Assembly (NCBI GenBank): GCA_022813865.1
Contig: JALDZX010000080.1
Span: 1-64,000, forward strand
Source of the DNA: Xylographa opegraphella
Lineage: Eukaryota
Length of the DNA: 64,000 bases
Direction of reading: 5' to 3'
In this document: one piece after another, positions 1 through 10,053 of the stretch
How positions within the stretch are numbered: position 1 is the stretch's first letter
Layout: each line of letters opens with the position of its first letter
Made by a program: the position numbers and the translations under genes
The notes under the pieces: model-generated
Database searches by the model: none
Told to the model about the DNA's origin: nothing
What the model saw: the letters and a program-made list of their open reading frames with translations, nothing else

Positions 1-234
1 TAAACTTGCTTCCTTATATTATTCTAGGTTGAAATCGCTCACCTATAGCTGTGGTTCTAGGCCTACTTTTCTGGTGAGATAGCGAGCTGTAACACAGTTG
101 TTTTGAGAATTAAACTACCTTTAGCTTTAGACGTAACCGTATTATACTACAGCAATACCTCAGTCCCCTCTGCATGTTCGTATCCCAGTCCCCTCTGCAC
201 GTTCCAGCAATTGGATCATTATGCCACTTCACAC

Positions 235-1818
235 TCAAAACACCTTGAGAGGTTTCTTCTCGGTATAGAACAACCTCGATACCAGGATCATCGCCGACCC
301 TGCGAGGCACATGACGCCGCCAAAAACCTTCACGTCCAGCCAGCCGTTGGCCGAACTCTGCAGAATGGCTCCGCCGATGGGCGCGACGGTGAGGGTGGGG
401 ATCGAGATGGCAAGGAGCACTAGGCCGAGCCGGTAGCCAATCTCGGGCAGGGGCGAGACGGAGATGGGGAGGGCGCCGGAAAGACTGATGAAGGCTCCTG
501 ACGTGAAACCGAACATGATGGCGAAGCCAATGGCGATGGCCGAGTCCTTGGCGGGGATCCAGACGGCGAACAGAGAGATTCCGGAAAGGGTACAGGCGAT
601 GATGAACATATTCCATCTTCCGATGACATCGGCGCTATAACCGGCGACTAGACGGCCGAAGAGACTTGGGGTATAACCGTCAGCGTTCCGCAGCTTTTGA
701 TGTGGAGAGGGGCGGTAACAGGGCTGCGTGTCGACCTACCTTGTGGCGTTGAAGATGGACACCAAGTATTGAGCCAGCTCCTCCGACATGTGCGCCTCCT
801 GGAAACCCTGCACAGCCAGATAGACGATGGGGACGAATATGCCATAGGTCAAAACGAAGATACCCACCAGCAACATAACAAACGGGAGCTCTGTGAAGGG
901 TGCAGCAAAGCGGCTGGCCGGCATCTTCTTGGGTACTGACTTTGTTCTCGGACGGACTGTGAGGATTGCAATGATCTGCAGGCCGAGGATAATAAAGGCC
1001 GCAGTCCTCATGGTCCAGGGGTAGCCGGTGCTCTGGACCATACGACTGATCATGATGGGGAAGATGACGCCGCCGACTGATGAGCCTGTCACCATGATGC
1101 CCATAGCTGCTCCGCGTTTCTTGGCAAACCAGGTTGAGATGCAGGCAAGCGCTTCATCGCACAAGACTCAGTCAGCATACAACTTTCAAAGAAGGGGAGC
1201 GTCGGTCAAACTTGTCAGGCGTGTATAAACATGCAGCGCCGATGGCACTGCACACTCCCTGGGACAAGATGAACTGATAGTACGTGTTCGCCAACGACGC
1301 CATCATCAGCCCCAAGACGTGAAGAAGCGTCCCGCCAATTATGAGCGGCCTCGGCCCGTAGTTGTCGTATATTATGCCGACGACAGGCCCCAAGGCGAAC
1401 AGGAAGAAGAGTTGGAGCGCCGGAATCCAGGCGATGGTGCTGCTGGAGTAATCTTTCAGAGGTCCAACTTGGTAATACTGCTGGAAGCTGCCCACGCCGG
1501 GTGAAAGAGCATTGCTGTTAGTCCATCGCGTCACTGCTGGATGCCACGTAGCAAGAACCTAGGAAGGCATTGGGAGGAGGGGAAATCCGTACTGTTGACC
1601 CAGCCCGGACTGGAGAAGGAGCAGCACCACGCTCCCAGGACGACCAACCATGCAGTGGCGCCGCCATCGGGCGGGCCAGCGTCTTCCAATTTTGTGGCAT
1701 CGCCTGGCTTGTCGCCGGGAATTGGCCCTCTAGCGTCTTCGGGGTCCTGCTCAGTCTTGCCACCGAGATCGGACTCTGGCCGTGCAGCCTTCTCGGGGTC
1801 GGTCTCAAGGTCGTGCAT
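235..1818 (-). CDS. MFS transporter, monocarboxylate porter (MCT-like) family; probable cluster efflux pump; multi-exon
   Basis: Spliced ORF pieces give the family N-terminus PPDGGATAWLVVLGAWC, then GSFQQYY, IAWIPALQLF, DNYGPR, STWFAKKRGAAMGIMVTGSSVGGVIFP and many hydrophobic helices. ATG at 1818 (MHDLETDPEK), stop at 235. Confidence 0.93.
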
Positions 1819-2720
1819 GGGAGTGGTGTTTTGGGCTTTGTACGTGCTAGACAGGGTTAACACAAGTCGTATGATCACAGCAGCTGTGAAACTCGGTTGA
1901 ATATCCACGTATCAAGGCATGGTGATCGAATTGCGACCTAAAGAGAGTGATCTGAAGTCGAAGAGGAAACGGGAGAAATGAAAGAGTGTGGACGAAACGG
2001 ATTTAAATGAAATGTTTGACCTGAGGTTGATATTGCAACCAATCCCCCAGGTTCTGACAAATGCAATCAGTTATGCAAATTCGTGCAAGCGGTCGAGTAC
2101 ATTATTCAACCACGGTCTATACAGCCCTCAGAACAGGCAATTATTTACAATACAAGCAACAGCTGACTTTTGTATTTCGCATCGGTATTCCACTCGAAAG
2201 TGCGTCTCTACAATCAGTGAATGGGGAAGACAGCCTAAAAGCGGCAGATTTCCCTTCGAAAGTGCGCCTTGATTATTTTCAGCCAGTGAGGCAGACAGCC
2301 TAATAAAGGCAGGCACGAACAAAGAAGAATAGCGACATTATATAATCTTTTGATACAGCATTCTCTCCGACCATCCTGGTTTGCGTTAGGCGGTGGCACA
2401 AGTGCTTTTTTCTACAGGGAAGCAGACTTAAATCATGATGATTGTCTTCCCGCTACCTTGTTATTGAGGCCTGCTTACGTGATGCTCGATGAAGCCACGC
2501 CAGGAGTAGAAACATCTCAGAATGGGTATATTTAACACTTGTTGCAGCGTAGCTGCTATTAGAATGAGGGGGTTCAAATCGAACTTCGGGCGTTAGTAGG
2601 CAGATAATCCGCTCCGATCAGTACTTTTTTCCTGTTCGAGTTTAGCTTCTTCCACAGCGCTGCATATTTAGCGAGAGGTCCTGTCGCAATATGGGACCCC
2701 TATTTCGGGCCCATTATTGA

Positions 2721-2756
2721 CCGATGACCGAATGTTCGGATCGGCCGATCGAACAT
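2721..2756. promoter_or_regulatory. Candidate Zn2Cys6 binding sites in the MFS/TF divergent promoter
   Basis: CCGA-TGA-CCGA (reverse complement TCGG-N3-TCGG) at 2721-2731, directly followed by the near-perfect palindrome ATGTTCG(G)ATCGGCCGATCGAACAT at 2732-2756. Confidence 0.5.
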
Positions 2757-3230
2757 CATCCTGACCGAATATTATGTCCAATCAGGTGATGCATATGTAA
2801 TCATACGTGATTTTACGTAAGTTAGTTAACTTTAAAGTAGTTTATATAATCAACGTTATTTACGTAGCCTTTACAATATCATCACGTTCCTTATGCATTG
2901 TATTACACTGATTAGTCATCTGCAATTATGACATATTATTACATAATCTAACACATTGTAACAGGTCCCCTCGCGCTGGATCACCTGGTTGCCCCATGCC
3001 GAGCATACCAAGTAAAGCCGACTGTCTGGAACCAATGCAGGGCTCAGCCGGTATGGAACGTACAATACAGTGCATTCGAACTTGAGGTCCCCCATATCGA
3101 ATTACAAGACGTTGTTTGGTCGTATGTCGATGATTTACGTAGGAGTATTCTGATTTGAATACAAAGTGATGCCTCACAGTGCTCAAAGCCCACATTTTTC
3201 TTGGCTTATTAATTGATATCCAGACCTACC

Positions 3231-3313
3231 CACTGATAAAGGATTCTGTCACTGATAAAGAATTCTGCCATTCATACCACGGATAGAATGCTGCCACTGA
3301 TAAAGGATTTTGC
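3231..3313 (+). repeat. Three copies of a 19-bp unit containing a GATA element
   Basis: CACTGATAAAGGATTCTGT (3231-3249), CACTGATAAAGAATTCTGC (3250-3268), CACTGATAAAGGATTTTGC (3295-3313). Confidence 0.85.
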
Positions 3314-4236
3314 AGTTTAACCCTGCCAAGCTAAATTGGCGCTCGGGTATTGGCTCACCTACTGAATGGAAGCTTTCGCGGCAGTGGCCATGTCGGGTCG
3401 CGTGGGCCGAAAGACGAGGACGTTTGCATGTTGACGTTGAGAACTACAGCGGTCAAGTCGGGATAACTATCTACCCTTGCTTACCGAGGAAGCAGGCAAA
3501 TATGCCTGGAAAGCAACTATTTAACTTACCGTGATTACCGCGCGTAGCAGCCCTACAGGGTGCGAAATAGCAAGCACTAAGATAAGCGAATGACTTGTGA
3601 TAGGGCTGGTGTCAGAACTGCCGTCTGACAGCAAGGATGTAAGTCAAAGTCCCCTAGCGCTTTCAGCACTTTAGACCTCGAAGGATTTCTCCTGCAGGAC
3701 TGTCATGGATCAGGGCCGCGCGAACTTCGATGCAAACTCTGTCCATGGAAGGGCCGGACTGCGTCCGTAGAAGAACTTCTAATCCAAGAGAAACACTACC
3801 AGGTATACTATTACCCGGCTCAGAGATATATTGAGACTTTACGGGAATTATTCAGAGAGCTTGGTAAGTTATACTAAATATTTATAATGAGAAGCTGTTT
3901 GAGTCTTGGTACGATCGGGATTAACCTGATGCGAATGGGGTGTTTAGTAAATACTCGATACTCCGTTAATCCAATCATGGAACTACCTGACTTGGAGGCG
4001 GTCAAGCTTGTGTGATCCCTGTAGACCACCCTGATCGAACTAGTGTGATCAACATTTGTTAAGAAGGGGAAGGAGTGCCTTAGCTGATATAGGATCTGTC
4101 GTGTTAAATCTACCGCACGGACATTGACCACGAGCATCCTTTGAATGATACATTCAAGAGCCATGCAGCTCGTGGGTTGATTAAGTTACAGTCAAAAGAA
4201 AGGGAATAGAGAGAAAAAGTATAAAGAAAACGTATA

Positions 4237-5556
4237 ATGTCACATCGGCAGTCGTGTGATCGCTGTCGTCAGCAAAAGGTGAAATGCCTTCGAGATCAGG
4301 CTCAAAGAGGGGAAAGCAATTCTCTTTTTTCACGCCGAACTCCCTTTACTCGGTGCGAGCGGTGTACGAAAGCAGGCGTAAATTGTGTTTACAGCCGTAC
4401 GTGTTGCTTTGATCTCCCTATCCAATTCGTTTCTGTTTATTACATCTCGAGGGATAAATCGGAATAAGTCCCAGCTGATAAAGATCTCGCAGTCACCCCC
4501 ACTATAGCGGAACAACGAACTAATCGTCGCTCTGTTCAGACTTCAGTTCGAAAAGATACCGACTCCGGGTCTAGAAATGTGAACGGCACATCGTGGTTCG
4601 AGCAAGGCCTAGCCGGAGCAGTGTATCCGGGCGGGCCATCCCTGGGGGCCGACTTTATCGACCTGATGGGTCAGTTTCCCGGCGTTGGTGAAAGCGGGGC
4701 CGTCGCCGGCTTCAACGGCTGGGACAGAAACCTCCAGCCACTTTCACCAACTTCGTTAAACTGCTTGACAGTACCATCCGCGGCAGATGCGGTCCCCATT
4801 TCCACAGCTCCATCTACTACCGACGGTCGCGAAGACAGCGAAGACGTCGACGACGACAAAAGCTCTACCGACGGCCTGTTCCCACAGCTGACGTTCTTGA
4901 GCCAAAGAGCTACTCGGGCTATGCGTCGTCTTGTCCGCCCGGGCCGTGCGCCTCTGACCGTATCGTCGCCCGAGGTAAACGAGGCGTTGGAGAACACAAA
5001 TACCCTGATACGCATCATCAACAACATCATCACGCCACATCGTGACGATATCACCCTCGACCCAACCACTACCGATAAGGGGCTGGCATTCTCGGCCCTC
5101 GCTTGCCACCAACATCTCGTAGCCCTGTTTCGAGCTATCTGCGACGCCATACGTTGCTGCCTACAGTCCAAGAAAGATTACCAGCAACAACACCATCGGA
5201 GCCGACAAAATAGCGGCGTAGGACCGTCCTCGGTAGCCCAATTTGTCATGGTGCTTCAGCTGCTGATGCACCTGATCAACCGCATGGACCGGAGTCTCTT
5301 TCAGAACAATCCATCAGCATGGCACGACGCTGGGTTGTTCAACGGCGGCCATAGTACCCCGGTCACGCCCGACATGGCCCATCATTCTACCATAGACCCC
5401 ATACAGTCCGATGTAACGGCAGGAGACTCATCACCACACGGTGGCCTTCTCGTCCTTGTGCAGGACATTGTGGGGACGATACCCAACCAGCACGAGAAAT
5501 TGAGACAGGTCATTCAGAAGCTGCAGGCAGAGATGGAGCACTCGGAGCTTCACTGA
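4237..5556 (+). CDS. Zn(II)2Cys6 pathway-specific transcription factor (2 exons)
   Basis: Exon 1 encodes [12 protein letters not shown]...[20 protein letters not shown] intron at about 4397-4507 joins it in frame to the ORF ending at 5556. Confidence 0.92.
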
Positions 5557-6374
5557 TGGAAAGAATCACGGACGGACGTCAGAGAAAACGGGATTCATGT
5601 TTCACCAGTAGACCAATCTAGATCGCCATGCTGTAATTAGCGTAGAATTACAGAAACACGGTCGACTATGGGTACAGGTGTATCGACCAATCCCAGGAGA
5701 ATTGGGGGCCTCCGTGGCCCTGCTCGTCGAGACAACACCGTTGTTAGTATAGCTCAACTGGAAGTCGTTATCAGTGCGGGCCTATAAGCGATAAAATCTG
5801 GAGAATGCTGTTGACTCAAGGTGCATGAAACAATATAATCTCACCCATTTGAGGCTGTATAAATACACTACTAGAGTTTACGAAAAAGTGTAAAACTTCA
5901 GACCTTCGCAAGCTCAGGGGAATCTGAGTTCCAGTCATTTCGTATACTCATGAATTTAACTCCGTTAAATGCGGCGCTAAAAATGATTGGCTCTGCTAAG
6001 TGACATCACATGATCTCGGCCCGCCGATCCGGGCTTTCCCTTACCGCTTCGAAGACCCTGATTAGGCGGCTGCTAGTTAAATTAGCTTAAGCGCCTCGGA
6101 GACGGCCTATCACCATATTCTTTTACACTGCATTTACTCTGTCGACTTGGTCTGTATACACCTAAACATTTTCGACTTTTCCCTTAAACCCCGATGGCCG
6201 AGAAAGCTCAAAGGATGTTTGCCAGCTACAGGGTGCTTCTCAGCCAGGTTAGTTCAGAACAGATTCAACACAGCATAGGTTGCACGTCTTCATTTTTCTT
6301 TGCTGGTATATATGTTCGATCAAACTATATTCTACTCTCACCGAATTGGATATAATGCCTGTCGCCAAATCCCC

Positions 6375-7504
6375 TTAGAAGGCCATGCGCCGCTTCAAAA
6401 AGTCTAGCTGCCTGCTTAGAATGCTTTCCACATCTCCAAATACCCAATCAAGATGTCCCTTGCCCTTCAAGATGTCAAGCTCCTTTGGCTCTTTCATGTG
6501 CTCATAACACTCGAGCTGGTCCTTTGTGGGGCATGAGAGGTCGAACTCTGGCGTCACCATCATGACTGGCGTCGGCGAAATATACTGCACGACGTTCAGG
6601 ATGTTCCACGACAGGCTTTTGTAGTAGGTCTGAACGGAGATGCGGTTCTCGACGGGTATGCCGAGTCGCTCGAGAGCAGGCATCATCTCGGCGGGGAGCT
6701 GGAGGCCATTGGGAATGCTACCGTCCTCGTTGACATAGGGGAGGTACATCGGCTCTTCGCCGGCCAGGCGGCTGGCGCGGTCGTGTATGGCCAGCTCGAG
6801 AATCGGCCCGCGTCTTTCCGGATTGCCAGTTGAGTCGATCAGGGGCGCGACCGCGATCGCGGCTGCAACTCGCTTGCTGCAGTCGGGTTTCTCGTCAGTC
6901 AACTGGAACTGGGGGCGAGGGATACAAGCGAAGGGAGCGGCAAATAGACAGCAAGAGAGATCATGACAGGGATGAAGTTACGTACTCAAAACCTGCTGCC
7001 GCAAGGGTAACATTGCCACCAAAACACAGGCCCCAGAGCGCGATTTTGGTCTCATCGACTAAAGTGTTCTCTTTGAACCAGGTCACGGCGTCGTGGAGGT
7101 GTTCAGCCTGCTGTCTTGCGTCGATCTACGCGTCCGCACAGAGGCTCAGAGGTGATTCTCCAGCTGGAGACGGCCCCAGGTTCACAAAACTCACATCATT
7201 TCTTGGCTCTCCATCGCTGGCGCCTATGCCTTGAGGATCATAGAGAAGGCAAGTGATGCCATGCTCTTGAAACCACTTTGCGATGTCGGGCAGGATGGCA
7301 TCCTTGGGCATGTTGAACTACTCGGACGTCAGTCGATGGGTGCTTCGAATTAAGCACCGAGCGGCTGGTGGCATAGGTACGCACTCCTGGGGACATGATC
7401 ATGGCTGGGCCGCGTTTTGAGGCGGAAAACAGCCAGCCACGTAACGTCAGGCCGTCAAGGGTTTTGAAGTCGACATCGAGGCGGGGTAAAGCGCTGACTG
7501 TCAT
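6375..7504 (-). CDS. Alpha/beta-hydrolase-fold polyketide transferase/thiohydrolase (GrgF/af380-like family) with a Cys nucleophile; 4 exons
   Basis: [41 protein letters not shown], nucleophile elbow [10 protein letters not shown] (Cys codon 7024-7026), [14 protein letters not shown]-terminal GKGHLDW. Three GT..AG introns are readable. Confidence 0.9.
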
Positions 7505-7831
7505 TGCGTCCTTTCGGGAAAGATCTGAGGTGGAGACAAAAGCTCGGAATAGGTGCAGGTGCAGTCAGAGACACTGAGCCAGGCTGATTGTATAGGTAGA
7601 AAGCGCGGTATGTAATTTGTAATTACCAGGCGAAGGTTGATATAAATAAAAATACTTTTATACCTTTGTAATATCAGCGTAGCCGGCCCCATACTCTAGC
7701 TACCTATATAAAGCAAAAAACCCTTCAAATCCAGTAATTTTATATACCTTGCTCATATATGTGCAAAGTCGGAGTCTTGAGGCCGAGCTCGGCTACCGGT
7801 CCGGTCTGGCTCGAGTATCGCGACGTCGGAA

Positions 7832-7842
7832 TCGGAGGTCGG
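7832..7842. promoter_or_regulatory. TCGGAGGTCGG, candidate cluster-regulator site upstream of the hydrolase
   Basis: The identical 11-mer occurs at 9718-9728, and it lies in a CGG/CCG-dense patch at 7769-7850. Confidence 0.5.
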
Positions 7843-8386
7843 GGACTCGGTCAGCCCTGCGGCTATCACCTTAAGCCTTAAAGGTACCTTATCTCTTACT
7901 AGGTACCCTTACCTTAGGTAAGGCTACTGCTGACACGGGATGACACCGATGCCTCCCGACATCCCTGCAACCACCTGGAGGCGGCACAGGCGCCAAAGCA
8001 GTCTTAAAGCGGTACCTTAAGGCTTAGTGTGCGGTGGCGCGGCAAAAATTGCGCACAGATGGCCACGACGTAGCCTGAAATTACCTGATGCAATAGCCCA
8101 TACGAAGCATTAATACCTCATAGGTAAGGTAGACAGTAACGGGAAGCAATATCGTCGCCTACAGCTTCAGCAGCATCGGTGACATGCCGTAGAAAAGTCT
8201 GCTTGTTGGTAATTCTCAACTTACCGCGGGAGACCTGGCAATGCCACTTCTCAGTTGCTTACCCTGGAGGCCGAACAGTACAGCAATCACAGCATTTACA
8301 CCAAGATTGTGAAGGCGTGGCCACGTCAAGCTGGGTCTTCTATTGCGCCAATTATTTACTCAGCTACTTAACGATGTATACTCTGC

Positions 8387-9498
8387 CTAGTGACCCAGCA
8401 ATGGCACCACGACTTTTTTGGCATGCACCTTTCCACGTTTCATGTCGTCCATAGCCACATGCATGTTTGCGAATCCGCCATCCTGTATTTCCAGGGGATG
8501 GTGCCTGATGCTCCCATCGTGCAGCCAGTTCTCTGCCAGGGCAAACAACTGCTTGCCAAACTGCCTGTGCTCGGGTGAGGGAGGGCGCCCATATGTTCCC
8601 GTCATATGGGATCCGTCCCCCATAATGGCGCTGGCCAGAAACCAGTCAGCACGAACATCCCTTCGCGTATACTTCACAGTGGTAGCGATTGTCTCGAGTG
8701 CGATATAGCTGCCGCCGGAAGAACCGATGGCTTCATAGCACATCTTCATGGTTCCAGCGTCGGCGACGCAGTCCAGGACATATCTTAGACTGCTGTCAGT
8801 GTGCACACGAATATCAGCACCACAGGCGGAAGAATGGTAGTCGAAGCAGGCTGTGGCGCCATAAGACTCGCACAGAGCGTTGTTAGTAGGCGAACAGGTG
8901 ACAATGGGTGTATACCCGGCCCTGCGAAGAAGAGGTCAATGAGGGATAGTGCTGGAGGGCAGTCTGGTAAGTCCGCTCACAGTCTCAGCAGCTGCGTTGC
9001 CATGGTGCCTGTGGCTGTAGCACCTCCCGAGACGAGCACGGTCTCGCCCAAGCCCCCTTGCATTGCCAGCTCTAGTCCGGGGCCCTGAAAAAGAGCCAAG
9101 CCAGCTGTAGCCATAGAAAGCCCGATGGAACATGCCTGCGTGAAGGTGAAGGCCTCGGGGATGTGGCAGCTGATGTCCTCTTCCGCCAAAGCGAACTCAG
9201 CAAAAGCACCTTTTGTCTTGTCCGAGGCATCCAAGCCAAAGGTGAGGGCGAGTACACGGTCACCCTCCTTGAACCGCGTAACGCCTTCGCCCGCCTTTGC
9301 GACTGTGCCGGCAAAGTCACAGCCACCTAGGGACCCGGGGGCGGTGGAATAGTCAACAATCTTCGCGTCTCGTGGGTTTAGAGCGACCGCATGCACACGG
9401 ACTAGCATTGAGCCTCGTTTCGGAATGGGGATGTCGACATTCTCGACAAGGCGATATCCGCCTGCTTCGGCACCAACAAGAGCCTTCATAGTAGGCAT
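8387..9498 (-). CDS. Trans-acting enoyl reductase (LovC-like, MDR superfamily); 3 exons
   Basis: VRVHAVALNPRD, GCDFAGTV, FKEGDRV, GAFAEF, VLVSGGATATGTMATQLL, LRYVLDCVAD, GKVHAKKVVV. ATG at 9498 (MPTMKALVG). Confidence 0.95.
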
Positions 9499-9717
9499 AA
9501 AATTGGTATGAACTATTCTGCAAGAGATTACAGAGAGTAATGGCAGACAAAAGAAAGTATACGTCAATCTGAAACTTTTTTTTTGATTCTGTGGATTCTA
9601 AACCCAACTCCCAAATTCAGCTCAATTGCGCATCGGCCGACGCAGCTACGGGGTTGTCGGTGCATGTCGGTGCACTCGGCATGTTCAACCCGAAGAGAGC
9701 CGACATGGTGGAGCGGG

Positions 9718-9728
9718 TCGGAGGTCGG
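9718..9728. promoter_or_regulatory. TCGGAGGTCGG, candidate cluster-regulator site in the ER/PKS divergent promoter
   Basis: Identical to 7832-7842. ATCGGCCGA at 9632-9640 also matches the core of the 2732-2756 palindrome. Confidence 0.5.
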
Positions 9729-10053
9729 AGGTGTGGCACAGCATAACCACCGGTGCTGACATAAATCCAGACACCCAGTTTAGATCCAGAACCAGTACGG
9801 GTAGGGAAAACTTTGGAAATAATTCTTGGAGATTTTAAGCTCATGGGCCAAGTTAGGCTCCGACTCGGCATTGACTGCTCGAGGCCATTGGGTCGCATAC
9901 CTTGCTCACCTTATATCTTTTAGTCCTCGCTATTTCAATATTTGCTCGTCTAAGAAGTATTGAACTTGTATCATCTTGTCGACTTTCTCTATCCATTCGG
10001 TTTCAGGCCTGTTTCCTTTAGCCTTGCCCATCGCCCCTATCGAAGTCTTCACC

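Noticed and set aside
3231..3313. CRISPR-like repeat-spacer pattern
   Set aside because: Eukaryotic context, only three 19-bp units with two directly adjacent, and no cas genes.
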